Position numbers and translations under genes: made by a program
The notes under the pieces: generated by a model
Seen by the model: the letters and a program-made list of their open reading frames with translations, nothing else
Told to the model about the DNA's origin: nothing
The model's database searches: none
In this document: in pieces, positions 1 through 9,860 of the stretch
Numbering within the stretch: the first letter of the stretch is position 1
Layout of the letters: every line of letters starts with the position of its first letter
NCBI GenBank assembly: GCA_048940445.1
Contig: JBHLON010000042.1
Location: 1 to 25,395, forward strand
Reading direction: 5' to 3'
DNA length: 25,395 bases
Source: Promethearchaeota archaeon
GTDB taxonomy: Archaea; Asgardarchaeota; Lokiarchaeia; Sigyniarchaeales; SOKP01

Positions 1-1245
1 ATTGCCGCAATTTTCTTGTTAATCGAAAAAGTCTTGAAAGACATGGCCATTCTAAACGAGATTGATAATCCGATTTTTAAAGACATGAAGCACGATATAG
101 GTTATCTTGTTAAGGAGCTTCTTCCGTATTTTGGCAAGTTCCTTCTTGCTATTCGCCGGATAAATCGAAGGAAGGAACCGGTTGAAGATACTCTAAAAAA
201 AATTACTTCAAACCAATCACTTATCAATATTATGACACAACATTTCTTCAAGAGCACACCTACTTTTTTTGCCCTAGGATATTTTTACACTTACCTCGAT
301 TATTTTTATCCAAAGGGGGGTACAGGTAAAATTCCTGAATGTGTCATGCAAAAAATCATTGACTGGGGAGGATCAATTTTATATGATACAGAAATACACG
401 AGATCATTCCTTCTGAAAATAAGTTAATTGATATCGATGGAAACACGTTTTCCTATGAAAATCTTATTTGGTGCGCGGATTTGAAATCTTTATATCGATT
501 TCTTAAATTCCGTGATTTAGAGGAAAAAGTTTCTTGCAAGATATCAATTCAAAAAGATAAATTGCTATCGAATCGAGGCGGAGATTCAGTCTTTTCTTTA
601 TTCTTAGGGATAGACGAACCTATCGACAAATTTCAATCGATTTCAAACGGTCATTTTTTTTATACTCCATCAAAAAAAGGTTTAGGGGAATCAACTTGGA
701 CTACATTAAGAAAAATTATTAAGAATTTCGAAACAACTCCCAAAGAAGCCATTATGCATTGGTTAGACGAGTATTGTCAACTAAATACATATGAGATTTC
801 CATTCCAGGGCTTAGAGATCCCACCTTAGCTCCAAAAGGAAAGACTGGATTAATAGTGAGCATTCTCTTTGAATATGATCTCACGAAAAAGGTCCAAGAG
901 GGAGGATGGTATGAAGAATTCAAAATTGAAGTCGAGAATCGCATGGTAGAAATTTTATCAAAATCCGTGTACCCGAAAATCAAAGATAAGATTCTCTTTC
1001 GTTTCTCTTTGACACCCCTCAGCATTTCAAACAGAGTAGGAAGCTCTGAAGGAGCAATAACAGGTTGGACGTTTGAAAATCCCATCCCTGTGGTTCAAGA
1101 TATTCTTAAAATGACTAAATCTGTGAAAACTCCTATTCCAAATATACTCCAAGCTGGTCAATGGGTATATAGTCCTTCTGGAATACCCATTGCGATCCTT
1201 ACAGGATTGGCAGCTGCTAAGAATTTAATGAAAAATAAAAAATGA
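1..1245 (+). CDS. Phytoene desaturase-like NAD(P)/FAD-dependent oxidoreductase, 5'-partial
   Basis: Frame open from base 1. Has YPKGGTGKIPE, C-terminal TPIPNILQAGQW..PSGIPIAILTG and TPLS..GAITGW, typical of the CrtI/COG1233 family. The N-terminal GxGxxG motif lies outside the window. Confidence 0.8.
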   Translation: MAAIFLLIEKVLKDMAILNEIDNPIFKDMKHDIGYLVKELLPYFGKFLLAIRRINRRKEPVEDTLKKITSNQSLINIMTQHFFKSTPTFFALGYFYTYLDYFYPKGGTGKIPECVMQKIIDWGGSILYDTEIHEIIPSENKLIDIDGNTFSYENLIWCADLKSLYRFLKFRDLEEKVSCKISIQKDKLLSNRGGDSVFSLFLGIDEPIDKFQSISNGHFFYTPSKKGLGESTWTTLRKIIKNFETTPKEAIMHWLDEYCQLNTYEISIPGLRDPTLAPKGKTGLIVSILFEYDLTKKVQEGGWYEEFKIEVENRMVEILSKSVYPKIKDKILFRFSLTPLSISNRVGSSEGAITGWTFENPIPVVQDILKMTKSVKTPIPNILQAGQWVYSPSGIPIAILTGLAAAKNLMKNKK

Positions 1246-1260
1246 GGTTTTTATCCAAGC

Positions 1261-2274
1261 TTACAGAAAGAGTAGTATTAGTAATAGTATAATTACACCG
1301 ATAAGTCCTAGGTAAGAAATTAAGATCATTCCATAAATGGGTTTTTTTATATCATTACCTGACATGATTTTAAATCCAGTTCTACTAAGGAAAGACTTTA
1401 TTTGAAGATCTAAGTCCTTTTGATTTTTAACCTCATACTTTTGAAGGTCTTGCTTAATAATGAAGTGCTGACTATAAGGAAATATAATCGCATTTATTGG
1501 CTTAACAGGATCAATAATATTACCTAGATAGGAGTTTGCCTTGATGGAAACATCTTCTAAAGGTATACTTACGGCTTTTTTTACCATATTTGGGTCAAAA
1601 ATCAGGCTGAAAGGCTCTGAAAAATCACTTTTTAGCTCTCCACCATAATCAACACAAAGATTTCCTTCAATCCAGAGAGATTCGTCTAATTCCCTTGAAT
1701 CACCATTTTCTAAGTCAACCGATACAATGAATTCTTTATTGTTGGTGCGATTCTTAATATCAACCAGTAACTCCTTAAAGTATGTGATTGTATACATGGC
1801 GGGATCACATGTATAACCATAAAATCCATTCTTTGGGTCATAGCTGTTAGTATTCGTTTCATACTCACAAATAATCCAAGATAACTGCCCAGTGTCTTTA
1901 TTGCGAGCAATAATGTAAAACTCGGCTCGCATACCTATAAATCCTGATGTTCGAGCTGTAAATACGCTTGCAATTGCCATGAGAAACTTTGCATCATTCT
2001 TAAAAAATGAGGTTTCTGCTAGTTCGTATCCATCGGGGAGCATCTCTTGGGCTGCTGAAGTATTTGTTATCTTAAAACAGAGAAATAAACCATAGGGATC
2101 TACTATAAATCCCATGTAAGGAATTCCTTTCTTACCTCTCTCTGTAAATTTATGTTGTGTTTTTTTAGGAAGAAATTTACTGAAACTGCTCAAAAAACTA
2201 ATGGCAGTTACATCTTGAGGCTTTACAAGAGACTCTGTCTTTTTTATAAAATTCCTGTTTTCTTCTTGGTTCAT
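1261..2274 (-). CDS. Hypothetical protein with C-terminal TM anchor, possible acetoacetate-decarboxylase-like beta fold; paralogue of 2309..3322
   Basis: 337 aa ORF with MLPDGYEL motif and hydrophobic C-terminal tail (GMILISYLGLIGVIILLLILLFL); colinear similarity to the neighbour. Confidence 0.7.
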   Translation of the reverse strand: MNQEENRNFIKKTESLVKPQDVTAISFLSSFSKFLPKKTQHKFTERGKKGIPYMGFIVDPYGLFLCFKITNTSAAQEMLPDGYELAETSFFKNDAKFLMAIASVFTARTSGFIGMRAEFYIIARNKDTGQLSWIICEYETNTNSYDPKNGFYGYTCDPAMYTITYFKELLVDIKNRTNNKEFIVSVDLENGDSRELDESLWIEGNLCVDYGGELKSDFSEPFSLIFDPNMVKKAVSIPLEDVSIKANSYLGNIIDPVKPINAIIFPYSQHFIIKQDLQKYEVKNQKDLDLQIKSFLSRTGFKIMSGNDIKKPIYGMILISYLGLIGVIILLLILLFL

Positions 2275-2308
2275 TTACATAATTCCTCTTTTTTTTATAA
2301 ATTGATCT

Positions 2309-3322
2309 TCATAGACTGATCAGTAATAAAATAATTAGGGAAATAAAGATTACCACGAATAAAGAGATTCCTATTATTAACATTATCTTTATACTTCTTG
2401 TTGAAAAGGTTTTAATTTCTTTCATATTTGCAATTTTGTTATAATTCTCGATCATATCATTGATATCTTTGACATAGGTTCGGTGACCTGGACTGTCGGC
2501 AATATAGTGTTGAGCGAACGGGAAACATAATGCCTTGCATAGTTCCGGCTCTGCTAAATCTGAGAAAAGTGTATTAAACTTTAAGTGCATGTCCTCTATA
2601 GGAATTTCTAATGCTTTATCAACTTCAGCAGGATCAAATATTACGGCAAGTGTATCATCATTTTTACTATCTGAAAATTTCTTACTGTGACCGATAGATG
2701 TATTTCCCATTACCCAAAGGGGTTGATCAAGGCTACGCATTTTTCCATTGGTAATATTACCTGTTAAGATCATCTGTCGGTCAGTTTTATCTTCTTTAAA
2801 ATCCAGTAGTAGATCTCCCTTTGAGCTAGTCGTATATATAGCATTTTTACTGTTTCTATCTGCAACTCCTACTGAAGGGAGAGCAATTATTGTATTGCTC
2901 AGAATATCGATAAAAATCCAGGATATAAGACCGGTTTTTTTATCTTCCGCAACGAGATATGACTCTAACCTAGAACCCCAAAAAGTACTTGCTCGGGTAT
3001 TGAAAACCCCCATTCCCAAATAGTGTTCTGGTTCTTCATCAGCAAAAATTTTGGTCTTTTTCAACTCATAGCGTTCCGGCAATAATGATTTTGCTTTTTC
3101 GATATTTTTAAGCTTAAAGAATAAAAACAGACAATAAGGTTCAATTACAAAACCCATGTAGGGAGTCTTTTTTGAAGTCTTTTTTAAAAGCTTTTTAAAA
3201 AGGGAGCGAGGTAAAAGCCGTTTGAATGATTGGAAGAAATACAAATGGCTAACTTCCTTTGGATCAATTAAGTTTTCCACATTTCTGATGAATTTTTCAT
3301 CATCTAAAATTTTCATAGTCAA
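2309..3322 (-). CDS. Hypothetical protein with C-terminal TM anchor; paralogue of 1261..2274 (start may be ATG 3316)
   Basis: 337 aa ORF. PYMGF..PY.LF, LP..YEL, TG..SWI, IFDP and FP(F/Y).QH.I are shared with the neighbour; hydrophobic tail. Confidence 0.7.
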   Translation of the reverse strand: MTMKILDDEKFIRNVENLIDPKEVSHLYFFQSFKRLLPRSLFKKLLKKTSKKTPYMGFVIEPYCLFLFFKLKNIEKAKSLLPERYELKKTKIFADEEPEHYLGMGVFNTRASTFWGSRLESYLVAEDKKTGLISWIFIDILSNTIIALPSVGVADRNSKNAIYTTSSKGDLLLDFKEDKTDRQMILTGNITNGKMRSLDQPLWVMGNTSIGHSKKFSDSKNDDTLAVIFDPAEVDKALEIPIEDMHLKFNTLFSDLAEPELCKALCFPFAQHYIADSPGHRTYVKDINDMIENYNKIANMKEIKTFSTRSIKIMLIIGISLFVVIFISLIILLLISL

Positions 3323-3506
3323 AAATAGAAATAATTCCCCATATTAAAGTGCGTCACTAATAGATCATTAATTTTAATCAAAGACAAATAAATTGTCAAA
3401 ACTAGATAGTTTTAGAGTATCTATCAAGAAATTAAAATTCCTTCTTAGAAACTCGAGTCATCTCTGATAATTTTGAATTAATCACTGTTTCACTCTATAT
3501 TGTAAG

Positions 3507-4631
3507 TTATTCTGGGCAATTATTCTGGACAAATTCTTCTAATCCTTCTAAGATAGATTTTGTGCCAACAGTATTATATATTTCGTTTAAATCCTTACGT
3601 GACACAGTTTTTTCTTTTTTAGCGGAGAGATAGCATAATAAAACATCATAAATAGCTTCTCTAGCGTGTTCAGGAGTAAACTCAGGTTCAGTGTTATTGA
3701 TAATACAATCATTAAAATAAGAATCCTCGTTTCTCATTGATATATCATAGTATATAGGGAATGATTTATGTTCAATTTGTGGTTCAAACCATGTATTTAT
3801 GTTGTTTGTCATCTTTGCATTTTTAGAAAAAATTCTAATGGGATTTTCCCTATCATGACTTTCAATAATGGTTCCTTCTGTTCCGTATAATTCAAGACTA
3901 TTATTAAATGGAGATACAACTGAAAAACTAACTGTAATTTCAGCGATGGTTCCTTTTTTGTATTTTAAGAATGCCATTGCATTATCTTCTGCTTTTTCTT
4001 CCAAATTAGTGCATTGTTTCGTTAACCAACTATAACTCGATTCAACAATGTCATTTAAAATCCAATTGAGAGTAACAAATTTATGGGCACCCATATCAAT
4101 TAAGGCTCCTCCTCCAGCTAAGATTGGATGACCTTTCCAAGATCCTTTTTTCATAAGAAATTTTATTTCATTTACTCCTTCATAAGCACGTACTAGAAAG
4201 ACTTTGCCTATTAATCCAGATTGTACTGCTTTCATAATATATTCATGTACGGGCAAAAATCTATGATTTTCAGCAATCATGAATTTAACACCGGCTTTTC
4301 TTGTTGCTTCGATCATTGCATCACATCCCTCAAGAGTAGTAGCCATTGGTTTTTCGCATAATATATGCTTTCCTGCTTTTGCTGCTGCTATAACGTGCTG
4401 TTCATGAAGATAATGTGGAGTCATTATAATAACAGCATCTATATCGCTTTCAAGAAATTTATCTAAGTCAGAAAAATAATCCATATTTCCTGCTTTTGCT
4501 ATTCGTTTTCCATTTTTTTCACTAATGTCATAAACTGATTTGAACTTCATATTAGGAATATGTCTTATCCCCATTTGATGATATTTCCAAGCAATACCAC
4601 TCCCAATTAAACCATATTTAACAAATTCCAT
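3507..4631 (-). CDS. Gfo/Idh/MocA family oxidoreductase
   Basis: GLIGSG Rossmann motif, TPHYLH, GKHILCEKPMA, GGGALIDMGAH. Confidence 0.92.
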   Translation of the reverse strand: MEFVKYGLIGSGIAWKYHQMGIRHIPNMKFKSVYDISEKNGKRIAKAGNMDYFSDLDKFLESDIDAVIIMTPHYLHEQHVIAAAKAGKHILCEKPMATTLEGCDAMIEATRKAGVKFMIAENHRFLPVHEYIMKAVQSGLIGKVFLVRAYEGVNEIKFLMKKGSWKGHPILAGGGALIDMGAHKFVTLNWILNDIVESSYSWLTKQCTNLEEKAEDNAMAFLKYKKGTIAEITVSFSVVSPFNNSLELYGTEGTIIESHDRENPIRIFSKNAKMTNNINTWFEPQIEHKSFPIYYDISMRNEDSYFNDCIINNTEPEFTPEHAREAIYDVLLCYLSAKKEKTVSRKDLNEIYNTVGTKSILEGLEEFVQNNCPE

Positions 4632-4782
4632 AATTTTGAAAAAAATTTAATAAATTTATAGATTATTGTATAATTTAACACTATTTTATATTAGAGATTT
4701 AAGTGATTCATCTTACTTATATAAAAATTATTTAATCTTATCTATATTTTAAACATTTAATATATGAAATTCGTGTTATCAT

Positions 4783-5922
4783 ATGATTAAACCAATAGGT
4801 TATGATAAAAACAGAGCAAAAGAAATATTAGACAAATATAGTATCGATCTTCTAATAGCATCAACTCCAGTAAATGTTTTTTACACAACTGGACTCCCTG
4901 TAACCCATGTTGCTCCAAATCCTATCTTATATGTTTTATCAAATCAATATCCATTTCTGTCACTTATCAGGAGGGACGGAGAGGAAAGTGCATTAATATG
5001 GAGCTTATATAATAGTGTGGAAGAATTTTCATGGTTAAATCCAAATGAAGTAATAAGAGTTGGAACGCTTGATGCTGCTGTTAAGCTATTGTTAAAAAAG
5101 ATAGAAGAGTGGGAGTTAGAAAATAAAACTATCGCATTAGAATCATATATGCCTAGATATCAGTCCGAAGCGCTGCAAAAAAAGTTTTCCAATGCAAGTT
5201 TTGTAAATGGGGATAAGGCATTCATAGATATGCGATTAATTAAAACTGAGGAGGAGATTCGACGAATTAAAAAATCAACAGAAGTTGCTGAAAAGGCGAT
5301 ATTAGCTTGTATAGATGCGACTGAATTAGATATTCCTGATACAAAATTATTACAAATCGCAAGAAGAACAATTGTTGATGAAGGAGCTTGGGGGTGGGAT
5401 CACCTAACTATGAATATTGGATCATCAGACCCAGAAGCTCCGGGATTAGGAACGCTAGTAACAAAGAATGATATTATAAGATTTGATTTTGGAGCTGTTT
5501 GGGAAGGTTATATTTCAGATGTTAGTAGGGGAGTTATTATTGGAGAAATCCCAAGTAAAGCTAAAGAAACGATGGAATATATGATTCAAGTTCAAGAATA
5601 TTGTGCCAATCATATTAAACCGGGAATTAATGCTAAGGATTTCCGAGAAGAAGCTAGAAACTTTTTGAAATCTTTAACAAAAAGAGGATTTTATTTAATA
5701 ACCGGACATAGTATCGGATTAGAATGTGAAGAAGCACACTTATTTGGACCAACTGGAGCAATGAATATCCTATTTGAGGAAAATATGGTTCTTGATCTTG
5801 AAGTATGGTTAAATGTACCAGGTCAAGGATTAGTAGGAGTTGAAGATTGTTATCGCATCACAGAGAAAGGGACAGAAAGATTATCCAAATTGGATAAGAG
5901 AATTGTAATTAAAGGAGGTTAA
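4783..5922 (+). CDS. M24 family (Xaa-Pro peptidase/creatinase-like) metallohydrolase
   Basis: MRLIKTEEEI, DFGAVWEGYISDVSR, GHSIGLE, ENMVLDLE and VEDCY supply the D,D,H,E,E metal ligands. Confidence 0.88.
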   Translation: MIKPIGYDKNRAKEILDKYSIDLLIASTPVNVFYTTGLPVTHVAPNPILYVLSNQYPFLSLIRRDGEESALIWSLYNSVEEFSWLNPNEVIRVGTLDAAVKLLLKKIEEWELENKTIALESYMPRYQSEALQKKFSNASFVNGDKAFIDMRLIKTEEEIRRIKKSTEVAEKAILACIDATELDIPDTKLLQIARRTIVDEGAWGWDHLTMNIGSSDPEAPGLGTLVTKNDIIRFDFGAVWEGYISDVSRGVIIGEIPSKAKETMEYMIQVQEYCANHIKPGINAKDFREEARNFLKSLTKRGFYLITGHSIGLECEEAHLFGPTGAMNILFEENMVLDLEVWLNVPGQGLVGVEDCYRITEKGTERLSKLDKRIVIKGG

Positions 5923-5930
5923 AAAAGAGT

Positions 5931-6710
5931 ATGAGATTAAAAGATAGAATTGCCATTATAACAGGAGCAGCTTCAGGTATTGGAAGGGCAACTGCTATCT
6001 TATTTGCAAATGAAGGAGCAATTCAGGTACTTTCTGATATTGATGAAGAAGGTTTAAATGAAACTTATAAGTTAATAAATGAAAAAGCTAAAGAAAAAAC
6101 CAAAATCTCAGTTGTAGATGTGAGAAATCCAATAGAAGTTAAAAATATGATCGATTTGTGTGTGGAAAAGTTTGGTAAAATTGACATTTTAGTTGTTAAT
6201 GCTGGTGTTGTAAGGGTAGGGTCTGTTGAAACATTTCTAGATGAAGATTATGACTTACTCATTGATGTAAATCTCAAAGGTACCCATAATACATGTAAAT
6301 ATGCTGTTCCTTATTTTAAAAAGCAAAAATCTGGATCTATAATTACACTTGCGTCAGTAGCGGCTCATATTGGTCAAGTAGCTCATGCAAATTATTGTTC
6401 TACAAAAGCAGGAGTACTAGGTTATACAAGAGCATTAGCTTTAGATTTAGCACCTTATAAAGTTCGAGTTAATAGTGTTAGCCCTGGAGCTACTGACACA
6501 CCAATGCTACAGAGTGATGTGGCAAAACAAGCGAAAGATAGAGGTATTTCATATGAAGAAGTCAAAAGGGAGTTTGAATCTGAAGGAGTATTGGGAAGAT
6601 GGGCTACACCTGAAGAGATTGCCACCGGAATTCTCTTTTTAGCTACTGAAGAGTCCTCCTATATTACTGGAGCAGATTTACGTATAGACGGTGGTTGGAC
6701 AACCCAATAA
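5931..6710 (+). CDS. Short-chain dehydrogenase/reductase (classical SDR)
   Basis: TGAASGIG, VNAG, YCSTK, VNSVSPG, DGG; GGAGG upstream at about 5914. Confidence 0.93.
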   Translation: MRLKDRIAIITGAASGIGRATAILFANEGAIQVLSDIDEEGLNETYKLINEKAKEKTKISVVDVRNPIEVKNMIDLCVEKFGKIDILVVNAGVVRVGSVETFLDEDYDLLIDVNLKGTHNTCKYAVPYFKKQKSGSIITLASVAAHIGQVAHANYCSTKAGVLGYTRALALDLAPYKVRVNSVSPGATDTPMLQSDVAKQAKDRGISYEEVKREFESEGVLGRWATPEEIATGILFLATEESSYITGADLRIDGGWTTQ

Positions 6711-6844
6711 CCTAATTTTCTTTTTTTTAAATGAAAACTTAGTATCTTCTAAATTTTGAAAATCAAAGGATTTCAATAATAAGAAAATTGTAATGGAATG
6801 ATATACAACCTAAAAATGTCTTTTTTAAAAAAAATTTAATGAAA

Positions 6845-7594
6845 TTACATAGTCATACCTCCGTCAACTAAAAGACTTACCCCTGTGCAGAATTCATTCA
6901 AAACAAGAAATAATACTCCTTCTGCTATTTCTTCAGGAGTTCCAAGTCTCCCTAGTCTCTGGCGATTTACAAAATCTTGCTTTACTTTTTCAAAATCTCC
7001 TCCCTTGCTCTTAATTCTTTCTGTCAATGAAGGTGTATCTGTGGTTCCTGGACATATTGCATTTACTCTAATTTCATCTTCAATATAATCTACAGCCATG
7101 GCTCTAGTCATTGATAAAACTGCTCCTTTAGAAGCAGTATATGCTGCTCTATCTTTCACTCCTTTAAAAGCTACAGATGAAGAATTATTAATTATTACAC
7201 CATTGCTCTTTTTCAAGTATGGGACGGCAAATTTTGATACTAAATAAATTCCACGAACATTTACCGCCATAGTTTTATCCCAATCCTCAGTACTAATAGT
7301 ATCAATACTCCCTCCAATCACGATCCCAGCATTATTAAACAAAATATCAATTTTTCCATATTCACTTATAGTATTCTCGGCAATTTTTTTAGCATCCATC
7401 TCTTTGGATACATCTGCTTGCACAAATATTGCATCTCCTCCGGATTGCTTAATCTTTTCTACAACACTAAGAGCAGATTTTGAAATAGAATTACAGCATA
7501 GCTTTGCTCCTTCTTTTGCAAATAAAATAGCGGTTGCCTTTCCTATGCCTGCTCCCGCTCCTGTAATGATTGCTACTTTATCTTTTAATCTCAT
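6845..7594 (-). CDS. SDR, BDH2/DHRS6 / 2-keto-3-deoxy-L-fuconate dehydrogenase-like
   Basis: TGAGAGIG, NNAG, YTASK. CPGTTDTPSL.ERI...F..RQ..GR..T.EEIA resembles the DHRS6 clade. ATG 7594 (MRLKDK) preferred over 7603. Confidence 0.88.
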   Translation of the reverse strand: MRLKDKVAIITGAGAGIGKATAILFAKEGAKLCCNSISKSALSVVEKIKQSGGDAIFVQADVSKEMDAKKIAENTISEYGKIDILFNNAGIVIGGSIDTISTEDWDKTMAVNVRGIYLVSKFAVPYLKKSNGVIINNSSSVAFKGVKDRAAYTASKGAVLSMTRAMAVDYIEDEIRVNAICPGTTDTPSLTERIKSKGGDFEKVKQDFVNRQRLGRLGTPEEIAEGVLFLVLNEFCTGVSLLVDGGMTM

Positions 7595-7614
7595 AAATAA
7601 CACATTTTATCTGT

Positions 7615-8412
7615 TCATATTCCTAATAATTTTCTTGATTCAGAAGGATCAGCTGCCTCACGTCCCAATTCCTTTCCAATTTTAATCATACGATGAATTA
7701 ATTCAGCATTATCTTTAGCTGGTTTTCCTTCTTTAATAAAGGGATAATCTTCAGTCCCCACACGTACGTTTCCCCCTTGTTGTATAGCTAATACCGCAAT
7801 TTTAGTTTGTTCTTTTCCCATTACACTGATAGTGTGAATAGAATCATTTGGTATATATTTTAGTCTATGTAAATATTCATCTGCTGTAGGTGGTGACCAT
7901 GTTCCTCCAGGCCAATTAAAAAACAGAGTCAATATATAAGGAGGATCTAATAATTTTCTCTCAATTAAATAATTCAAATTCCAATATGAACCAGTATGCC
8001 ATACTTCCCATTCAATTTTTATTCCAAATTTCTTACAAGAAACACAATATTGTTTCAATTCTTCAATATCGTGTATTACATCTACATTTACCTCTGGAAA
8101 ATGCTCTGCATGATGATTTGATATAACTGAAAGCATATCTGGTTTAGCTTGAAAATCTGGAGCTCTTTCTTCTATAGGATAACTCGACATTCCTGCTTGA
8201 ATTATAATATCGCATCTCTCTCTAATTTTTTTGACGATATCGATTTCTTCCCCTCTGGGCAAATGAATATGAGCAATTGCTGCTCCTGCTTCGTAGCATT
8301 TCACAACATCCTCTATTAATTTATCTGTGCTTTGTGCCCAATTTTTTAAATCGGGATAAATCCATGAATTTGCTGTTGTTGCCGTTATTATTAATTTATT
8401 TGTGTCAATCAT
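7615..8412 (-). CDS. Beta-keto acid cleavage enzyme (BKACE/Kce, DUF849)
   Basis: CYEAGAAIAHIH (Zn HxH), GGNVRVGTED, DNAELI and GREAADPSESRKLLG. Confidence 0.88.
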   Translation of the reverse strand: MIDTNKLIITATTANSWIYPDLKNWAQSTDKLIEDVVKCYEAGAAIAHIHLPRGEEIDIVKKIRERCDIIIQAGMSSYPIEERAPDFQAKPDMLSVISNHHAEHFPEVNVDVIHDIEELKQYCVSCKKFGIKIEWEVWHTGSYWNLNYLIERKLLDPPYILTLFFNWPGGTWSPPTADEYLHRLKYIPNDSIHTISVMGKEQTKIAVLAIQQGGNVRVGTEDYPFIKEGKPAKDNAELIHRMIKIGKELGREAADPSESRKLLGI

Positions 8413-8456
8413 TTATTTTATTCTCCATTATAATACTTGATAATAAATTTAATTAA

Positions 8457-9512
8457 TTATCTGGCAATACGACCAGAAATGTCTTTCATAATCTTCATTA
8501 CTTCATCAACAGTAACTAAATTAAAATCTCCAAAGATTGTATGTTTCAAACAGGATGCCGCAACAGCAAAATTTAAAATTTTTTGCAGGTCATTCTCAAA
8601 CTTTAAGAAGCCATAAATGAGGCCAGCTACAAATGAATCTCCTCCTCCAACTCTATCAATAATATGAGAAATATCATAATGAGGACTGACATACATTTCT
8701 TTTTTATCATATAATATTCCTGCCCATGTGTTATGGCTGGCAGAAATGGATCCTCTTAAGGTTATTGCAACATAACTTAAATTTGGGAATCTTGTGGTTA
8801 TTTTCCGAACAACATCTAGATAATTTTCTGCATTTATCTTACCCGATGTGATATCAGTATTAGGTGCTTTTATTCCTAACATTTTATCGGCATCTTCCTC
8901 ATTACAAATAAGGATATCGCAATATTTAACTAATTCTGGCATAGCATCTAAAGGAGTTTTACCATAGTTCCATAATTTATTTCTGTAATTTAGATCACAT
9001 GAAACGATTATTTTTTTTGTTTTTGCGACTTTTAAGGCTCTCAAACATATTTCTGCTAAATTTTGAGAGATAGCAGGAGTAATTCCACTCCAATGAAACC
9101 AGTTTGAATTTTCAAATAAAAGATCCCAATCAAACATTTTAGGGCGAGAGGTTGCAAAGGCAGAATTATCACGGTCATAAATTACTTTGCTCGATCGAAC
9201 AGATGCTCCTGTCTCAAGAAAATAAATACCGAGTCTGGATCCTCCTCTGATAATTTTATCTGTGTGTACATCAAATTGCCTAAGATAATGAAGACAAGCA
9301 TCTCCAATTTCATTTTTAGGTACGCGTGTTACATATTCAATAGGAATGCCAAAATTAGCTAAAGACACTGCTACATTTGCTTCAGATCCTCCATAAATGG
9401 CATCGAATGAACTTGTTTGAATAAAGCGCCGAAAATATGGAGGAGAGAGACGTAAAAGTATTTCTCCGAATGTTATAACTCGATTTTTGGTATTTTGACT
9501 TATAGATTGCAT
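8457..9512 (-). CDS. kdgK: PfkB-family sugar kinase, 2-keto-3-deoxygluconate kinase-like
   Basis: TFGEILLRLSP, GGSEANVA, RLGIYFLE.G, DLNYR..LW, DRVGGGDSF, LKHTIFGD. Confidence 0.85.
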   Translation of the reverse strand: MQSISQNTKNRVITFGEILLRLSPPYFRRFIQTSSFDAIYGGSEANVAVSLANFGIPIEYVTRVPKNEIGDACLHYLRQFDVHTDKIIRGGSRLGIYFLETGASVRSSKVIYDRDNSAFATSRPKMFDWDLLFENSNWFHWSGITPAISQNLAEICLRALKVAKTKKIIVSCDLNYRNKLWNYGKTPLDAMPELVKYCDILICNEEDADKMLGIKAPNTDITSGKINAENYLDVVRKITTRFPNLSYVAITLRGSISASHNTWAGILYDKKEMYVSPHYDISHIIDRVGGGDSFVAGLIYGFLKFENDLQKILNFAVAASCLKHTIFGDFNLVTVDEVMKIMKDISGRIAR

Positions 9513-9611
9513 TATTTTCCCAATTTCTCATTCACTCGGACTAGAATAACTATAGTAATCTAATAATTGATTGAATTTTAATTTATCAAATTCATTTTTA
9601 TTAATGAGAAC

Positions 9612-9833
9612 TTAAAATAATTTATGCTTGAGGAATTGTAAAGGTTTTGACCATACCTGAAAACCGAATATGATTGTTCCAAAAATAGCTACTTCAATTA
9701 GTAGAATATCATCAAATCCGAATTGAATAGGATTTAGGCTAAATAGTAATGGAACTCCAAAAATTGCGAACATAATTAAGTTTATCACTCCAATTGTGAT
9801 TGTAACAAATATTAAATTTGCAATAGTCTTCAG
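9612..9833 (-). CDS. Small 2-TM membrane protein (about 73 aa); start uncertain (CTG 9833, or ATG 9841 out of frame by 1 nt)
   Basis: Manual translation: LKTIANLIFVTITIGVINLIMFAIFGVPLLFSLNPIQFGFDDILLIEVAIFGTIIFGFQVWSKPLQFLKHKLF*. Absent from the ORF track. Confidence 0.55.
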   Translation of the reverse strand: MKTIANLIFVTITIGVINLIMFAIFGVPLLFSLNPIQFGFDDILLIEVAIFGTIIFGFQVWSKPLQFLKHKLF

Positions 9834-9860
9834 CTTTTCATTCTAATCTACCTTCTGAAA

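Noticed and set aside
777-3023. ORFs 777..1085, 1710..1910, 2748..3023
   Set aside because: Antisense or alternate-frame shadows of longer genes.
3383-3413. Short adjacent inverted repeats GACAA-N5-TTGTC and AAAACTA-GA-TAGTTTT
   Set aside because: Too short and AT-rich to distinguish from chance.
6885-7685. Plus-strand ORFs 6885..7088 and 7404..7685
   Set aside because: Antisense to the SDR/BKACE genes; no motifs.
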